Positions 24,903-37,293 of a stretch of DNA of 64,000 bases are shown here, piece after piece (the first letter of the stretch is position 1; the number at the start of each line of letters is the position of its first letter). The DNA is from Dudresnaya verticillata (Eukaryota). The position numbers and the translations under genes were made by a program. The DNA is taken from assembly GCA_977862235.1 (NCBI GenBank), contig OZ374558.1, forward strand, positions 1,054,001-1,118,000, read 5' to 3'. Under the pieces are notes generated by a model, which ran no database searches, was not told the origin of the DNA, and was given only the letters and a program-made list of their open reading frames with translations.

Positions 24903-26549
24903 TGTCACGGGACATCTCCAATGTGCCTGCCTCTTGGCGCCAAGCTCGATGGGCAGGTACGCAACGCAATGCAGAGGCATGGGAAGAAATTGGCGCTTCC
25001 GCATTTGTTGTTCGCGGTCTTCGTTATGGCGTTTGGATCCCCCGCAACGTCCATTTACGCAGGGCCGAGAACTGGCCCATATACCTCAGACACCGGAAGA
25101 CCTCGAGTTTGGCCTGAAGGAACTAGAAGAGGGTTGTCTGGTTGGAACTTATCAGTTGGTGGGCTCCTTATATGCACAAGAACGAATGCGTACTGGTTGC
25201 ATCGTTTCAAGTGCGTTCGTAACTTGGCAGAAGGGAAAGCCGCGCTTTATCATCATCTTAAGGGAACAAAGTACTCACTGGGACAAGAAGTCAGCCAAGA
25301 TGGAGACTCTCTCCTCATTTGGTGGCTTGCTGTGCCAAAACGACAGACTTTTGTCGTTCGATTGGTCTTCTGGTTATCTTCACGTTCATCTACATCCCAA
25401 CATGAGGGACTGGTTTCTCTTCAAATACCACGGCCACTATTACAGATGTATTGCTTTGCCCTTCGGGTGGACTGCCTCTCCCTATTGATTTATCAAGATT
25501 CTCAGTCCTCTCACGAGGTTTATGAGACGCGAGTTGATGTTAAGAGTCCTTGTTTGGTTGGACGACTGCCTAATTGCCCCCGGCGACGGCTCGTATCCAA
25601 GCTCGGCACAGGACTGTCTTCAGGCATCCGGGACATTAGATCGACTGTTCCATCGGCTTGGAATGGTCCGTCATCCTGGTAAAGGTGTGTGGAATAGCGG
25701 CAGTACTCAACTCGAACACCTGGGCCTTGTCATAGACACAGAAGCCTTTCGATATTTCGTGTCACCTTCAAAACTCCAAGACCTGCGCGGAATGGCCAGC
25801 AAACTACTGCATACAGCCCGACAACGCAGTCGCTGGGTGCGCGAGGCAGTTTTAATCAGCTTTTGCGGGCGTGCTGTCTCGCAGTTGATTCCCGTGCCTC
25901 TGGCTCGCTTCTTTACGAGGAGCCCCTACGATGCATTTAAAGCGACTGCTACTCGCCGAGGACGCTATCCCCAGCAAACCGTGAGGCTATCTCATGCCGC
26001 TGTTCGAGATTTACAATCATGGGCTACGATGCTAGCGGGGGACGGACGCCTAATTGCCGGCGGGAAGCCTTCCTGGTCCCTTCACACGGATGCGGCCGAC
26101 GTCGGGTACGGCGGAACTTTAGGAAAGGACTTATCGGCGCACCCGGCGAAGTTTCCGTCCAAGGTAGGTGGTCACTTTTCCTAAGGTTGAAGTCTATTAC
26201 TTACTGGGAGCTGGTAGCCGTAATGAAGGCCCTGGAAAGCGATCTAGTCCGGTCCCGCTTATCTTCCGACAAATCCCTCTCGCTTCTCCACGTGGACAAC
26301 CTAGCGGTGTATCATATTGTATCCAACATGGTGTCCGCGAACCCGGCCTTAATGGACGAGCTCCGTCGTGTACACCACCTCCTCGTCCAAATGAAAGTCG
26401 AAATCCGGGCCTCTTGGCTCCCCTTAGCCCTCAACAAGCACGCAGACCTAATCAGTCGGTCTTGGAATCCGCGAGGCCTCCTGGCGACGCCATTATTGCT
26501 CAAGTCCGTCGAAACCTCGCTCCAATTGCAGCACGTGCGTCGATTATAG
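24900..26549 (+). pseudogene. DIRS-type reverse transcriptase + RNase H
   Basis: KPRFII, LSFDWSSGYLH, ALPFGWTASP, LVWLDDCL, HLGLVIDT; RNaseH LHTDAADVGYGG, ITYWELVAV, HVDN, NKHADLISR. Stop at 25486-25488 and a frameshift near 26150. Confidence 0.92.
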
Positions 26550-26930
26550 CCACTAGGTGAGGCACCCGCCGCTCGCCGCAAGGTTATCATGGCACAGTTC
26601 GAAGAAACATGGGGAGACAGCCACAGTAGGTTATGGAATCCTCCAACTCCTTGGATACAATCTACGCTACTGAAAATACAGGCGGAGCGAGCCCACGGAA
26701 TCATCGTGGTTCCGAACTGGACAGGAGCACCTTGGTACGCGAAGTTGCGGCAGCTCTCCCTCGACTCACGCGTGATCCCACCCGGAGACCATCAACCGCC
26801 CCTCACCTCCGCGTATGCCAACCCATCATGGGAACTTCTTCTCACTGAGGTGGGATATCGACCACTGGACTCATCCAACGGCGCATCGCCTCTCCTGTCC
26901 CTCAGTCTGCCGCTGGCCGCGCAACAGTGA
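26550..26930 (+). pseudogene. DIRS-associated Dam-like adenine methyltransferase domain
   Basis: RLWNPPTPWIQSTLLKIQAERAHGIIVVPNWTGAPWY fits the NPPW..l.Ki......lvvP.W...W pattern that follows RNaseH in DIRS/PAT elements. Confidence 0.8.
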
Positions 26931-27877
26931 GGCTTGCTCCACACTGTGTATCATCCTCTACAGATCTCACAAAGACAAGCCAATGGAACAAATTCCTCCG
27001 TTACTGCGCTGGTGAGTTCCTATCGTCATTGCCAGCCGCGCAAGGGACCGTTCTGTCCTATATCGGCCACTTGTTTGATGAAAACAGAGTCCATGGGAAC
27101 TCAGCCGACCACTACATCTCCGCTATACGTACCCGACATCTCCGTGAAGGTTATCCGGACCCATTTTCTGGCACCCACTGTGCGGACCTCGTTCGATCCT
27201 TTAAGTCTCAGGATGACCGTCGCGGTGTTCTACTGGATGTTCGAGCCGCAATTCCAGCTTCGGTTATTAGAAGGATTCACGACCTGGGACTAAGATCAGC
27301 AGACGGCTCTGTAATACGCCATCAAGCTACCATGGTAGAGTTCCAATATTTGCTGTCTTGGAGAGAAGGTTCCGTGCGAACTGTTCACGTTGAAGATGTT
27401 GTCGTCCAAAGTGGCGGCCTATGTGACCATCAAGTGGTACAGCAGAACCTTTTGACACTTTCTGTCCGTCCTCGCACGCTTAAAGGACGGAATGTTCGAG
27501 GCGTTGAGCCATCCTGTCTGACTTGCCGCCACGGAAACATCAACGCCTTCTCTGATAATCCTCTAGCCCTTCAACAACACTATTGGACCCAGCGAGTCGA
27601 ACATGGCCTTCGATCGGACCAGTACTGGAACCATCCGCGACTTGTCCTACGTCCTCAAGTTGTTTCAGAAGCCCTCGCTGCCTGTCTTGCTGTAATGCAA
27701 ATTGTGCCGCCAGCACTCTGTTCTTACACGTCTCACAGCTTGCGAAGTGGGAGTGTCACTGCCCAAGTTCTTTTGAACGTACCACTAGCCCGCACTACAC
27801 ATAGGGTGGCTGGCGAGACGGCACAATGGTTATTAACGTGTAATTTGACTCCCGTTTACACATATCTATGGAAATGA
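26927..27877 (+). CDS. Tyrosine recombinase of the YR element (C-terminus probably frameshifted)
   Basis: N-terminal WNKFLRYC..LPA..TVLSYIGHL, catalytic R (SWREGSV), YTSHSLRSG (HxxR). Confidence 0.85.
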   Translation: MRLAPHCVSSSTDLTKTSQWNKFLRYCAGEFLSSLPAAQGTVLSYIGHLFDENRVHGNSADHYISAIRTRHLREGYPDPFSGTHCADLVRSFKSQDDRRGVLLDVRAAIPASVIRRIHDLGLRSADGSVIRHQATMVEFQYLLSWREGSVRTVHVEDVVVQSGGLCDHQVVQQNLLTLSVRPRTLKGRNVRGVEPSCLTCRHGNINAFSDNPLALQQHYWTQRVEHGLRSDQYWNHPRLVLRPQVVSEALAACLAVMQIVPPALCSYTSHSLRSGSVTAQVLLNVPLARTTHRVAGETAQWLLTCNLTPVYTYLWK

Positions 27878-27980
27878 CCCATTATTTCTGGTCACTCCGG
27901 AACTCAAGCGTCCCTTCCCTTCCGCCCCCTAAATAGGCTACTTTCCACGTCTATGGTTTCTATTCTCCGGTTTTGTTTTT

Positions 27981-28285
27981 CAGTGTGTGCCCAAGACGTT
28001 TACGCATGTGAAAAGATCAGTCCAAGGATAGGGAGCTGGCCGACCGTGCTGGAAATGGACGGTGTTTGACTCAATACAAAGTCGCTCGCACAAATTGCGT
28101 CGCATATGCGGTGCAGGCTTATCTACACCAAAATATGACGATCATCTGGCGGAGTTGAAACGAAATCTGTGTTCCGGCGATCGTCTCTATCCGTCCCTAT
28201 TCCCCCCGCTGGTTCGCCGAGTACAGTACTTAAGGATGACTCGGTTCCGCTCCTTTAACCCTGGCAAGTTCTTTCCTTCGTTCTC
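27981..28285 (+). repeat. Right direct terminal repeat (A2)
   Basis: Copy of 23933-24237. Confidence 0.95.
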
Positions 28286-28454
28286 CCTCCCGCCCTCCCT
28301 TGTATAAGCCACTTCAAGTCCTTTCCTTCGTCCTATATTTACTACGTACATTAGGTACAATACCTTCTTCTATCTGGGCGCCTTGCTCTACAAATGTACT
28401 AAGAGTCATTGGGTCTATTGATTGCTAAAGTGAATAAAGTAGTCATTTCCTTTC

Positions 28455-28670
28455 CACAGTCTGTACCCCCCAAACGTTTCCGAAAGTTTCACACTTTTCT
28501 GAATTTCTGTAAAACAATTTTAATTAGATTTCCCTCGCCCTGTGCGCCCCCAGGGACGCCAACGCACTCGCCGCACCACCGCTGTCGCCCCTGCCCGCCG
28601 CTCCTATCCGCCGCTCCTGCCAGCCGCTCCTGTTCCTGCGCGCCGCCTATGCCCGCCGCTCTTGCACGCT
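28455..28670 (+). repeat. Left terminal inverted repeat
   Basis: Reverse complement of 42492-42706; the outer ~150 bp are closely matched and the inner part is looser. C-rich subterminal repeats follow to ~29100. Confidence 0.92.
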
Positions 28671-29215
28671 GCTCTTGCCCACAGCGCCTGCCCGCCTCCT
28701 CTGCTCGCCACTCCTCCTCGACGCCCCTCCTCGCCGCCCCTGCACCACGTCCCTGCGCCACGCCGCGCGCACTATTCCAGTCGCCCCCGCTCGCCATCCC
28801 TGTTCCACGCCGCCCCTGCTCCATGCCGCTTGCACTATTCCCGTCGCCCCCGCCCGCCGCCCGCCGCCCCTGCACCGCGCCGTCCATGCACTGCGCCGTC
28901 CCCGCACCACGTCGCGCGCACCACGCCGCTCCTGCACCACGCCACGCACACCACGCCTCGCGAACTATTGCCTTCACCCCCGCTCGCCGCCAGTGCACAA
29001 TGCCGCGCACCATTGCCGTCGCCCCTGCTCCCCTCCCCTGCCCAAAGTGCCAGCCCTTCGCGCATTCGCGCACCCGGCCTGCCCGCTTCAGCCCTGTACA
29101 TGACTTCAGGTACCTGAAGGGCGTCCCTGCGCAGCGACCGTGCTTTCCCAACAGGCACTTGACGTCCTTGCTAGGCGTCCCTGCTCACTGCGCATGTTTG
29201 ATCTACCTGCATGTG

Positions 29216-30830
29216 TCAATCTTGCACACAAGCACTGCAGTCAGGACATACACTGAGAGACTGTAACAGTACCCTCGCTTCATCCCTCCTCAGTCCGCCT
29301 CGTGCCACTTCCCTTCTCGCTGTCGTCCCACGTGGGTGTACACCCAAGACCCCGTAATTCGCTCCCACTCTGCTCTTGTGCTCATCTTCTGTCTCGAACC
29401 AGTGGTATCGCAATGCACACCGTCCGTCGCCATTGCACGCTGCTGCGAAAACGCCACCTTTATCGTATCTAACACCTTCTGCAGTACTCGTACGGGATAG
29501 TCCCAATGTCCTTGATGATTTCTCTCATCTTTGCTGCATGCCTGCATCAATTGTATCGCCTGCGGATGATGTTTGCCAGCCTTGGTGGTTCTTGCTGTTC
29601 TCCATTCTTAACCTCATCCATGCAACCGCAGTGCGGATCGATCCACGTGTCGCAGAGTTTCACTTTCTTACTGCGCCTCTTGAACTCCTTCCATTCCCGC
29701 CCGTTATAAGAGAACTTGTATTCCCCCTGAAGAAACGCTCTGAATATGATTGTGGTCGTGACTGTGTTGATTCTGCCCCGTACACACGTTCGTAGAACTC
29801 TTTGAAATTGCTTCTGTCGTAGAGGCGCACACCGAGGTCTGCAAGGCCGAGTACCTCCTTCTTCTCCTCGATGGCACTGCTCACTTCTCGAACAATGACA
29901 TACTCTCCGATTCGCTGCACAGCCTCCTCAAGTGTCTCCCCAGGCTGGGAGTACTTGTGAAGGTCGAGAATATGCATTCTGCCCTTCCCGGACGTTGTAG
30001 ATTCCTCTTTGTTACATTCTGTTTCCTGACCTGCGCCTGTCCCCGAATCAGCACTCCCTGCTGAGTATTCGGGGTCACTCTCTTCTTCATCACTGCTGAT
30101 TTGTATCGCCTCGTCCACTTCGATGGCCTGTGTGATGTCGCCCATCTCTAACGTGCGCCAAGGTCACTTTCCTCGTGCTGGCCTGAACGCGACCAATTCG
30201 TGTGCTAGAGGCCTTCGACATGTGCCATCTTGTAAGATCTGGAGAGTTCGGAATGCCGTACAAGTCTCCCGCAGCAGACTGTAATTTCTTCACGTATGTG
30301 GAAGCATAGTACTAAGGTGCAATAACCGGGATGTGACACGGAAAGGGCGTGTCCACACTTTTCACGACGTTTTTATAGCCATAAAACATCGCGGCAACGG
30401 AGGACACATCACATGTGTCTACACATTGTCTGGAAACCTCCTTCAGATTCCCATAACGTGGTTCACAGTTCTGAAACTGATGGACATACCGGCCTCTGTA
30501 CAGTGCTATTACGGCAACAGGATCAAAGAATTTCTCAGTAGGAGCGTTTCTGCTCCCGGTCTGAAACATATGGGGAAGGATTGAGTACGACGAGGGCATT
30601 ACCAATAATTCTAGTGTGACTTCATACGCATATGCGTTGGACACATTACTACCGTGAGATATGCCGCGAGCTGTACTTGCCTTGTGATTCCCGCGGGAAT
30701 GCGCGCTTTTTCGACTCTGTACGGCCACTATGGCGCCTCTAGCGCTTCCTGTCCGGGCAAAACTGAGTTGTAGTGACTGCACATACTCCTGCACCCGCAC
30801 GCCCTGAAGACTGGTTTCCGGTACAGTAAA
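29216..30830 (-). pseudogene. Unknown cargo gene(s), divergently oriented to the MTase gene
   Basis: Chain of minus-strand ORFs (30312-30800 reading through a stop into 30090-30293; 29660-30145; 29290-29550) with protein-like composition; no recognised domain. Confidence 0.45.
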
Positions 30831-30989
30831 GTGGCTTCGTTGTCGCTGCTAGAGTGGTTTTGAAGCAGTAACAGTGTAAAAGGAGTTTGATCCAGCCGAT
30901 ATCTCCTACCCAGTTACTGCACTTTCCCTAAGTCCGAAGTCAAGTTGTTCATCACGATCATCTCTTTGCACTTGCGATAGACCACCTGC

Positions 30990-33988
30990 ATGTGCGCCAT
31001 GGGCAGAAAGTCCAACAGAACGAAGAAGACGCCCGTGACAAATGACCGTAATGAAGTCGGTCTGCACCAGCAACAGATTCTGTTCGCTGATCTGTTGGAC
31101 GGTTCCATGCTGAAGCGTGTCGATCCCCGGGCTTGTATACCCCTCACTAAGTTCAGGCCGATATCCAGGTCCGGAGTCGAACGGCTCAAGCGTATTTTCA
31201 TCGGACTAGGAGGGGGTACAAACCAGGGGATGCCACATGCTCCCGAGTCGATAGGATATGTTGCAGGGAGCGATATGCCAGTGATTATCGAGCTCACGGG
31301 AGCCCTTCGCAAGCATGTAGGAGACTATTTTCGAAGTACTCGGAATAAGGAGGGAGCGTACCGTACGGAGAAGGAGATAAAGGAAATCATCAGTTCGAGA
31401 GGAGTGTGGCACGGTGTTGTAGATGGAATGTATCGACTGGTTGCAATTATTGAGCTCATGGACATACACTACGAGATATGGAAGACATTCTCGTGGCCGG
31501 TTATGCATGTCAAGGGCGGGGCGTCTCTGTAGGTTCTGAAACAGTTTGCAAGACACCAGAACCGCAAACATCAGTCTGCTTGTTGTGTAGAAACCACGTT
31601 CTTTGACACACTGAAAGGCCTGCGTGAAGAAGCCGACCGTCTGCAGGCTGAAGCCAATGGAAAAGAGCCGACAGCGAAAACAGTTGCCGCGGCGTTTTAT
31701 GGTGCTTCTCATCTTCACGAGAACAAAATCAGGCAAACAGCCCAGGTTGTTCTTCGATTGCATAGATCGGTTCTAGATACTCTCGAGGAGATTGCAACAC
31801 AGGAGGATGCAGACTTGGCCGCCTCGACTTCCCTTGGAAGTGCAGGGGCTGGAATTTCCAGGCAGCTCGTAATATCTTCGGTAGACGGCCGAGTCTATCG
31901 GGATTTTATCCATATGTCGTCACTGAAGTCTGCTACAGTGTTTATGAATGCCGGCTGGTCGCCAGACGGGGTAGAGGCTCAAATATGTACCTTGTAAAGG
32001 CTGCGGGAAAGGGCCAGAATGCATAATTTCAGACCTGCACCGTACAAGGTCACAGTCGAGGAATTCGAGAGAGCAAGAGACGCGTTGGTAGAAGTTAGGA
32101 AGTTCGAGAGCCTGAGGGAATCCCCGAATTGGCCTTCAGCTATGTCCGTTCTGAGGACCAATCTGTTGCACACGCGCAAACTGGACCTGGACGTTATGTC
32201 GAATCGTGGACAGAATCTCACACTGAAGTCGATTCTTACCATGTACCGGGACAGTTGCCCAGGGGAGGCTCCACAGAAAATAGAGAAATACAAACGCAGA
32301 TTAGAAGTTGCGCAGGCACGATTGTCGTCTAGCACATATCCAAAACATCCTGAAGAAGAGAAGAGCCCTGACAGTCATATGAAACAAGTGCCGTCTGGAA
32401 TGCTCTTGAACAAAACTGCTTCACAATGTGCCCCACAGACAGATACGGAGAAGGAGAACGACGACAACCGCAGTGATCCCGGCCACCTGGGCTCCACTGC
32501 GAGAAGCGCAACTCCGGATGAGTCCTTCCTGTGATCAACGGGAATGAAGGAGACGCTGTCACACCTATCGCTTTTCCCGGAACGGCCACTGCGATAAGAT
32601 TGGAAAGATTGGATACTGTTAAGAAGCTGAAAAAGGATAATAGAGACGAAGTCGCAACACCGGACGAGATACTGAAATCGGAAGGCCTTGGGTGTCACCA
32701 AATGCGCTGGCAGGACTACAACCAAAAATACAGAAAAAGTGAGAGCAACCTGTTTGACTTCATTCTGTCGGACACCCCATATGGAACCCCTGCCTCACAG
32801 TCTCGAGCTGGGAAAGGGTATGACAACTACCTCAGCACTTCAGAAATGAACGAGTTGGCTGCGTTTTGCAGGCTGACAATCGCCCCGGGTGGTTGGGTGT
32901 TCCTGTTTGTGTTATTTCAGACCTTTGAGCCCAGGAGGCAGCGATTTTCAAAGAATGGTTTCGACTGCCCAACGTATGCATTCGTGATTCTGAAGGATAC
33001 CGGTACTGTTCAGGAATCCAGGGGCAACGAAAGGCCGCAAAATGGCGCAGACATAGCAGTTTTTGGGAAAGCACCGGGTATACACCCATCCGGTTCAAAC
33101 GTAGACTTGAAGAGCCCCTATCACTTATTTAAATGCCAGGAGAAAAGGAAGTTCGCATGCATGTCGTCTGTTCCAATCTCCAAGAGTAAACTGTTGAGAC
33201 CTCAGACAAGATCCCCGTTGCTGACCGAAGAAAAGAATGTTGACTTGCTCGCGGAAGTTCTGATGACGTTCTGTGTAGAGCAAGGGCATGTCCTGGGTAT
33301 GTACGCTGGCACGATGACGACCGGCATAGCGTGTCTTGTCACTGATAGGAGATGTACATGCATTGAGCAAAGTGCTGAAACGTTCAGACATGCACACGCA
33401 AGGCTATCGCGACTGGCGCAAGAGGCACAACGTCTAACCAAGGTAGCCCCTTTGAAGTAAATATGTACTGCTCCCGAACAGGCGTCTAAAAAAGCATGTG
33501 CACCGGGCTCAGAACAAGCTGCCTGTCAGTCGGGTAGCTCAGAGCGTAAACGAGTGTGTTCCGAAGGGGCGCCTGAACAGATGGAACCGTTGGCGAAGCG
33601 GCAAAACGTCGAGACAGGAGCAGTGCCTGCTAAGGTCAGGGGACGTAATGAGAACCAGGGAGAAGGGGAAGATGTGACCCAACGCCGAGAAATCAGTGGG
33701 GGAGATGAAGTCACTCTCTTGATTGACAAGAAGTCTGTAGGAACTTGCAAGGTTCAGTTCGGGGTGGACGGGGCGCGATTTTGGGATCGCATCCATGGTA
33801 CTGCGTTACTCTCCTTTCAAAGAGAAGGTCAGTACCTCGTCGCAGTCTATGCATTCCAAACGGCGACGCAAAGCTCCCATTTGCGATACCCGTACTCATA
33901 CCGGGAGGTAGACGGTGAGATCCCGACAACTTTGAGTGAGATCCAAAAAGTGTTTGCTTGGGACGTCAATCAGATGGCATTGACATGA
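30990..33988 (+). pseudogene. ParB/Srx-like + beta-class N6A/N4C DNA methyltransferase + C-terminal Tnp1/EnSpm-like domain fusion (~1000 codons, decayed)
   Basis: One frame 30990-32534 with stops at 31530 and 31995; one frameshift at ~32531; one frame 32531-33988 with a stop at 33458. ParB-like: FRPISRSGVERLKRIF...HGVVDGMYRLVAI. MTase: FDFILSDTPYG (motif IV, 32771), LTIAPGGWVFLF, TEEKNVDLLAEVL, VLGMYAGTMTTGIAC..RRCTCIEQ (motif I after IV = beta order). Confidence 0.85.
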
Positions 33989-34791
33989 ACTCATGGGACG
34001 AGCTTTTGATGGTCAACGTCGAATTGGGCGAGTTTCCTGAGATTAGCACGCGACCGTTTTCAAGGACGCCTTACAATAATCCGACACCAGCCTGCTGGCG
34101 CTCTACAGACACAGATTCCTTCCGCACAGACGTCACCGCCCCTGCAGTGTTTGTCATAAGAACGGAATCGACCAGACTGCAACGTTTCGTTTGCGGGGCT
34201 GACAAATTCGGTCCGCGTCGCAGTCAAGAAGCTGGGAGGCAATGCATCGCCTGATGAGAAGGTGCATCTTCGGAATGCGCAACGAAGAGCTGTTAATGGT
34301 TGACATAGCCGCGAGTTTCCAGGAAATGGCAGTGCGAAATCTGGAGCAGGGCGCGGGGGGCGCCCTGCATATTTGCGCTGCACACAAGACAGGGGCGCGC
34401 ACGCTGGTTGTGTCGGGCAGTCGTCGGTGCGGCGGCCAACGCAGTAGTGAGAAGGCGGGTGATTGCGGCGTGAGAGCGGCACGGGTGGACATGCGCCATC
34501 CCGTCCAACAAGCTGTGCACCGCGGTGCCGAAACGGGGTGATGGATGTGCGGGCGAGAAGGCCGCTCGCGGGGCTCCTCGCGCAGCAGGAACGAAAAAGT
34601 TCCGATAGTTATGTGCTTGTCTCGTGCGGGAGAAGCTATTACGTATTATTGATAATACGATGACAGTTCTGATTGCTTGGAAAAGGCGAAAAGGTTTCTG
34701 AAAGCTTCCCTTTCTGCGCTGCAAAGAGCAGCTGTTTCGTTGTCCCAGGGCCCGCAAGGAAAATATCTGCTGAAAAGAGCTTTACTTTCGT

Positions 34792-36830
34792 GTGAAATAC
34801 GAAAGCTTTTTAGATATTCCGGTTCTGGCCGTATCAATACCCAATCAGAAGTATTTGAAAGATCATTTCCAGGAAAAGCTATGCTGTATTATCCGTACTA
34901 CACCTACAGTTTCGCGGAGCTCGCCCTTTGCAAAACCTAAAGTTTCGTGTCGCGACCTGCTACTCCGCTCGTGTTTCTCCGACGGGCCGTCACCTGGCCT
35001 CTACCTATTCTCCCCAGGCGCCGTTGCTACCTCGGAGCACTTTGTTCACGGTCTGTGCCGCACTGTCCGCAATTCGGCCGATGGCGATGACAGTGGTGCT
35101 GAGAAATCACCGGTCGATCCGCGGTCGTCGGACCCCGACGCGAAGCCAGGCCCCGGAGAGCCTAACTTGGGCGACGACAACCCGGTCACGTCAGACTATG
35201 TCTCCAAGCCAGATCCGCCTGCAGACGCCGCGCCTGCTGCGAACGGAATCGAGCCTGGGGCTGGTGGTGCTGAGCCTCCCACAAACGCTACCCAGGCCGC
35301 GGCCCCGGAGCAGTTCGAGCAGATGCAAGTCGAGTTGGTTTCTGGTGCAGCCGGTATTAACACAACTGTTATCTTCAAGGGCGTTGCACTCACGAGCAGC
35401 TTTGAGTCCAACTCGAAGATGTCGGATATCGCGTCGCTTGGTGCCGAGGATAAAAAAGAGGGCTGGTATGCAGATAGCCCGTACACGGACCGGTTTTCCT
35501 TCCGGTTTGCATACAGCGAGAATGTGATGTGACCGACGATTCCGTCACAGAACCGGTGGTGCGCGTTTCCGATGAGAGTAGTATTGCTCCGACTGTGGAG
35601 AAGTTTACCGACAATGTGGAGGAAACCATGGGGGCGTTATTTGTGCCCCACATGTGAAACAGAATGATCGTCAACCAGAATTTCGTTTACAGTAGCTTAC
35701 AGTCCGCCGTCGTCTCTGACGCTCCCGAGGATACTTGATCTCCCATGCCGGGCTGCACCGACCTCGTCCCCTTGATCATCATCATTATCTCAATCATCAC
35801 ATTAAACTCAAGTCATTTGTTTTGGTCACACCACACATGCTCCAGCACGACCTGTTCAACGAGGATGTACATACGACACAACCGAAGCGCAAAGTTTGCG
35901 CTGTTTTTAACACTGAAAGTAGGCCCGATGCAGCAATCGATCGAGGTCAGCGTACAGATGAGCAAGCCGCAATGGAACCTCGACTTCTTGGACCCGTACC
36001 TCACGTCGGACAACTATATGATGAAAGTGGCGCTGCGTAGCACCGTCGTAGGAGGGAGCATGTCGGCAGATGAGCCGACCATTATCACTTTCAACAGACG
36101 ACAGTCGTCGCAGTCACTGCGAAGGCGACAACTCGGCTTACTTTTGCCGTTGCACCTTGGCAGAATGTGACTGCGACGTGGAGGAAGACCTGTGGTGGAT
36201 GCTATTCAACTTCCCTTCTAATCGGCACAACTGGAAAGGGCTCCTTTGATGATGCGCAAGCAGGATAGCTTACTCCCAAGCACAAGTTAACTGAATCAAC
36301 TAACCTAGGTAGCGCCCTCGGAAGGATAGAAGAAGTTGATGAGCGCACCGCGTATAAGCGGTTTTATCTTACGAATAGCGAAGGCGACTCAGATATTCAT
36401 ATTCAGACTACTGCTACGACTGCAACCAAGCAATCTTTTGTTGCTGCGTACTTTGAAGCACCGTTCAGTGCGTCACATTCCTACATCCAGCCAGGCGCTG
36501 CCACCATATCGATACATGAAACAAAATCCCTTCGGCTCTACTTCATCTGCAAACAGTTTGGCGCTTCCTGGGTATTGGTCACTATCCTGATCGTTAAGTA
36601 CAGTAATCATCATCAAACACTGCGTTGAACCGAAGGTCTACCACCATTCCGGTTTCACGCAAACAGCAGGGTCTATCATGTGGACTGTCATGCTTCTGGC
36701 TGCAGCAAGTGCAGTCGGGCCAGGGATTTATATGCGCCGACGAAGCGGCATCAAATATGCACCAGTACCGACAAACTACAGGGCCCCATAGACTTCATGG
36801 ATCTCAGTTGCAAACATGGTCGTAGTTTTT
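34792..36830 (+). pseudogene. Possible captured host-type gene (Pro/Ala-rich linker, beta-rich segments, late hydrophobic stretch)
   Basis: Successive plus-strand frames 34792-35532, 35745-36170 and 36625-36825 read like one fragmented protein; no family recognised. Confidence 0.4.
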
Positions 36831-37293
36831 ACTTTGGTGCGTCGCAGTTGACCCGTACAGCCATTCATGGCCCCTACCATGGATCCATTCCCGGCTCACC
36901 CCTGGTCGTCTATCAGGTGAGTGACTGCGTCAAGATTGGTGGCGATGAACTTGCAGCCAGGTTACTCGTTAACGCATAGCTGCGCGTACCTAATCTTGTA
37001 GTAATTGATGAAGCGGTCTAAGCCAAAAACTACTGGCTGCTCTGTCACCCGTTCTTCAGGCTGTCGACGCCGTCGACCGCAGGTGCCTCGCCGCTGCGCT
37101 GTTCGAACTGTCATGATTTGCGCGGGCAAGCCATAAAATGGCTGCCACAGACCACTACCGCTCTTGGAAGCCAATATCAGAATGACCTATCGTCTGTCTT
37201 AAGCCCTGCTGGATACTTGCGGACTAACGCTACAACTCAATGGTGTGGTCTCTATTGGGAAACTACTCAATGCAGGTATGCAATCATTGCGCA

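Larger units (their letters stand above)
23933..28285 (+). mobile_element. Tyrosine-recombinase retrotransposon (DIRS order, PAT-like: direct terminal repeats + MT domain)
   Basis: 305-bp direct repeats flank overlapping gag-like, RT/RNaseH/methyltransferase and YR frames. Confidence 0.9.

Noticed and set aside
28409..29266. 285-aa and overlapping ORFs
   Set aside because: They run through the TIR and GC-rich subterminal repeats of the DNA transposon.
30990..33460. Bacterial contamination or a restriction-modification operon
   Set aside because: The gene sits between eukaryotic-type TIRs amid eukaryotic retrotransposons and is decayed like its neighbours; no cognate nuclease or operon structure is seen.
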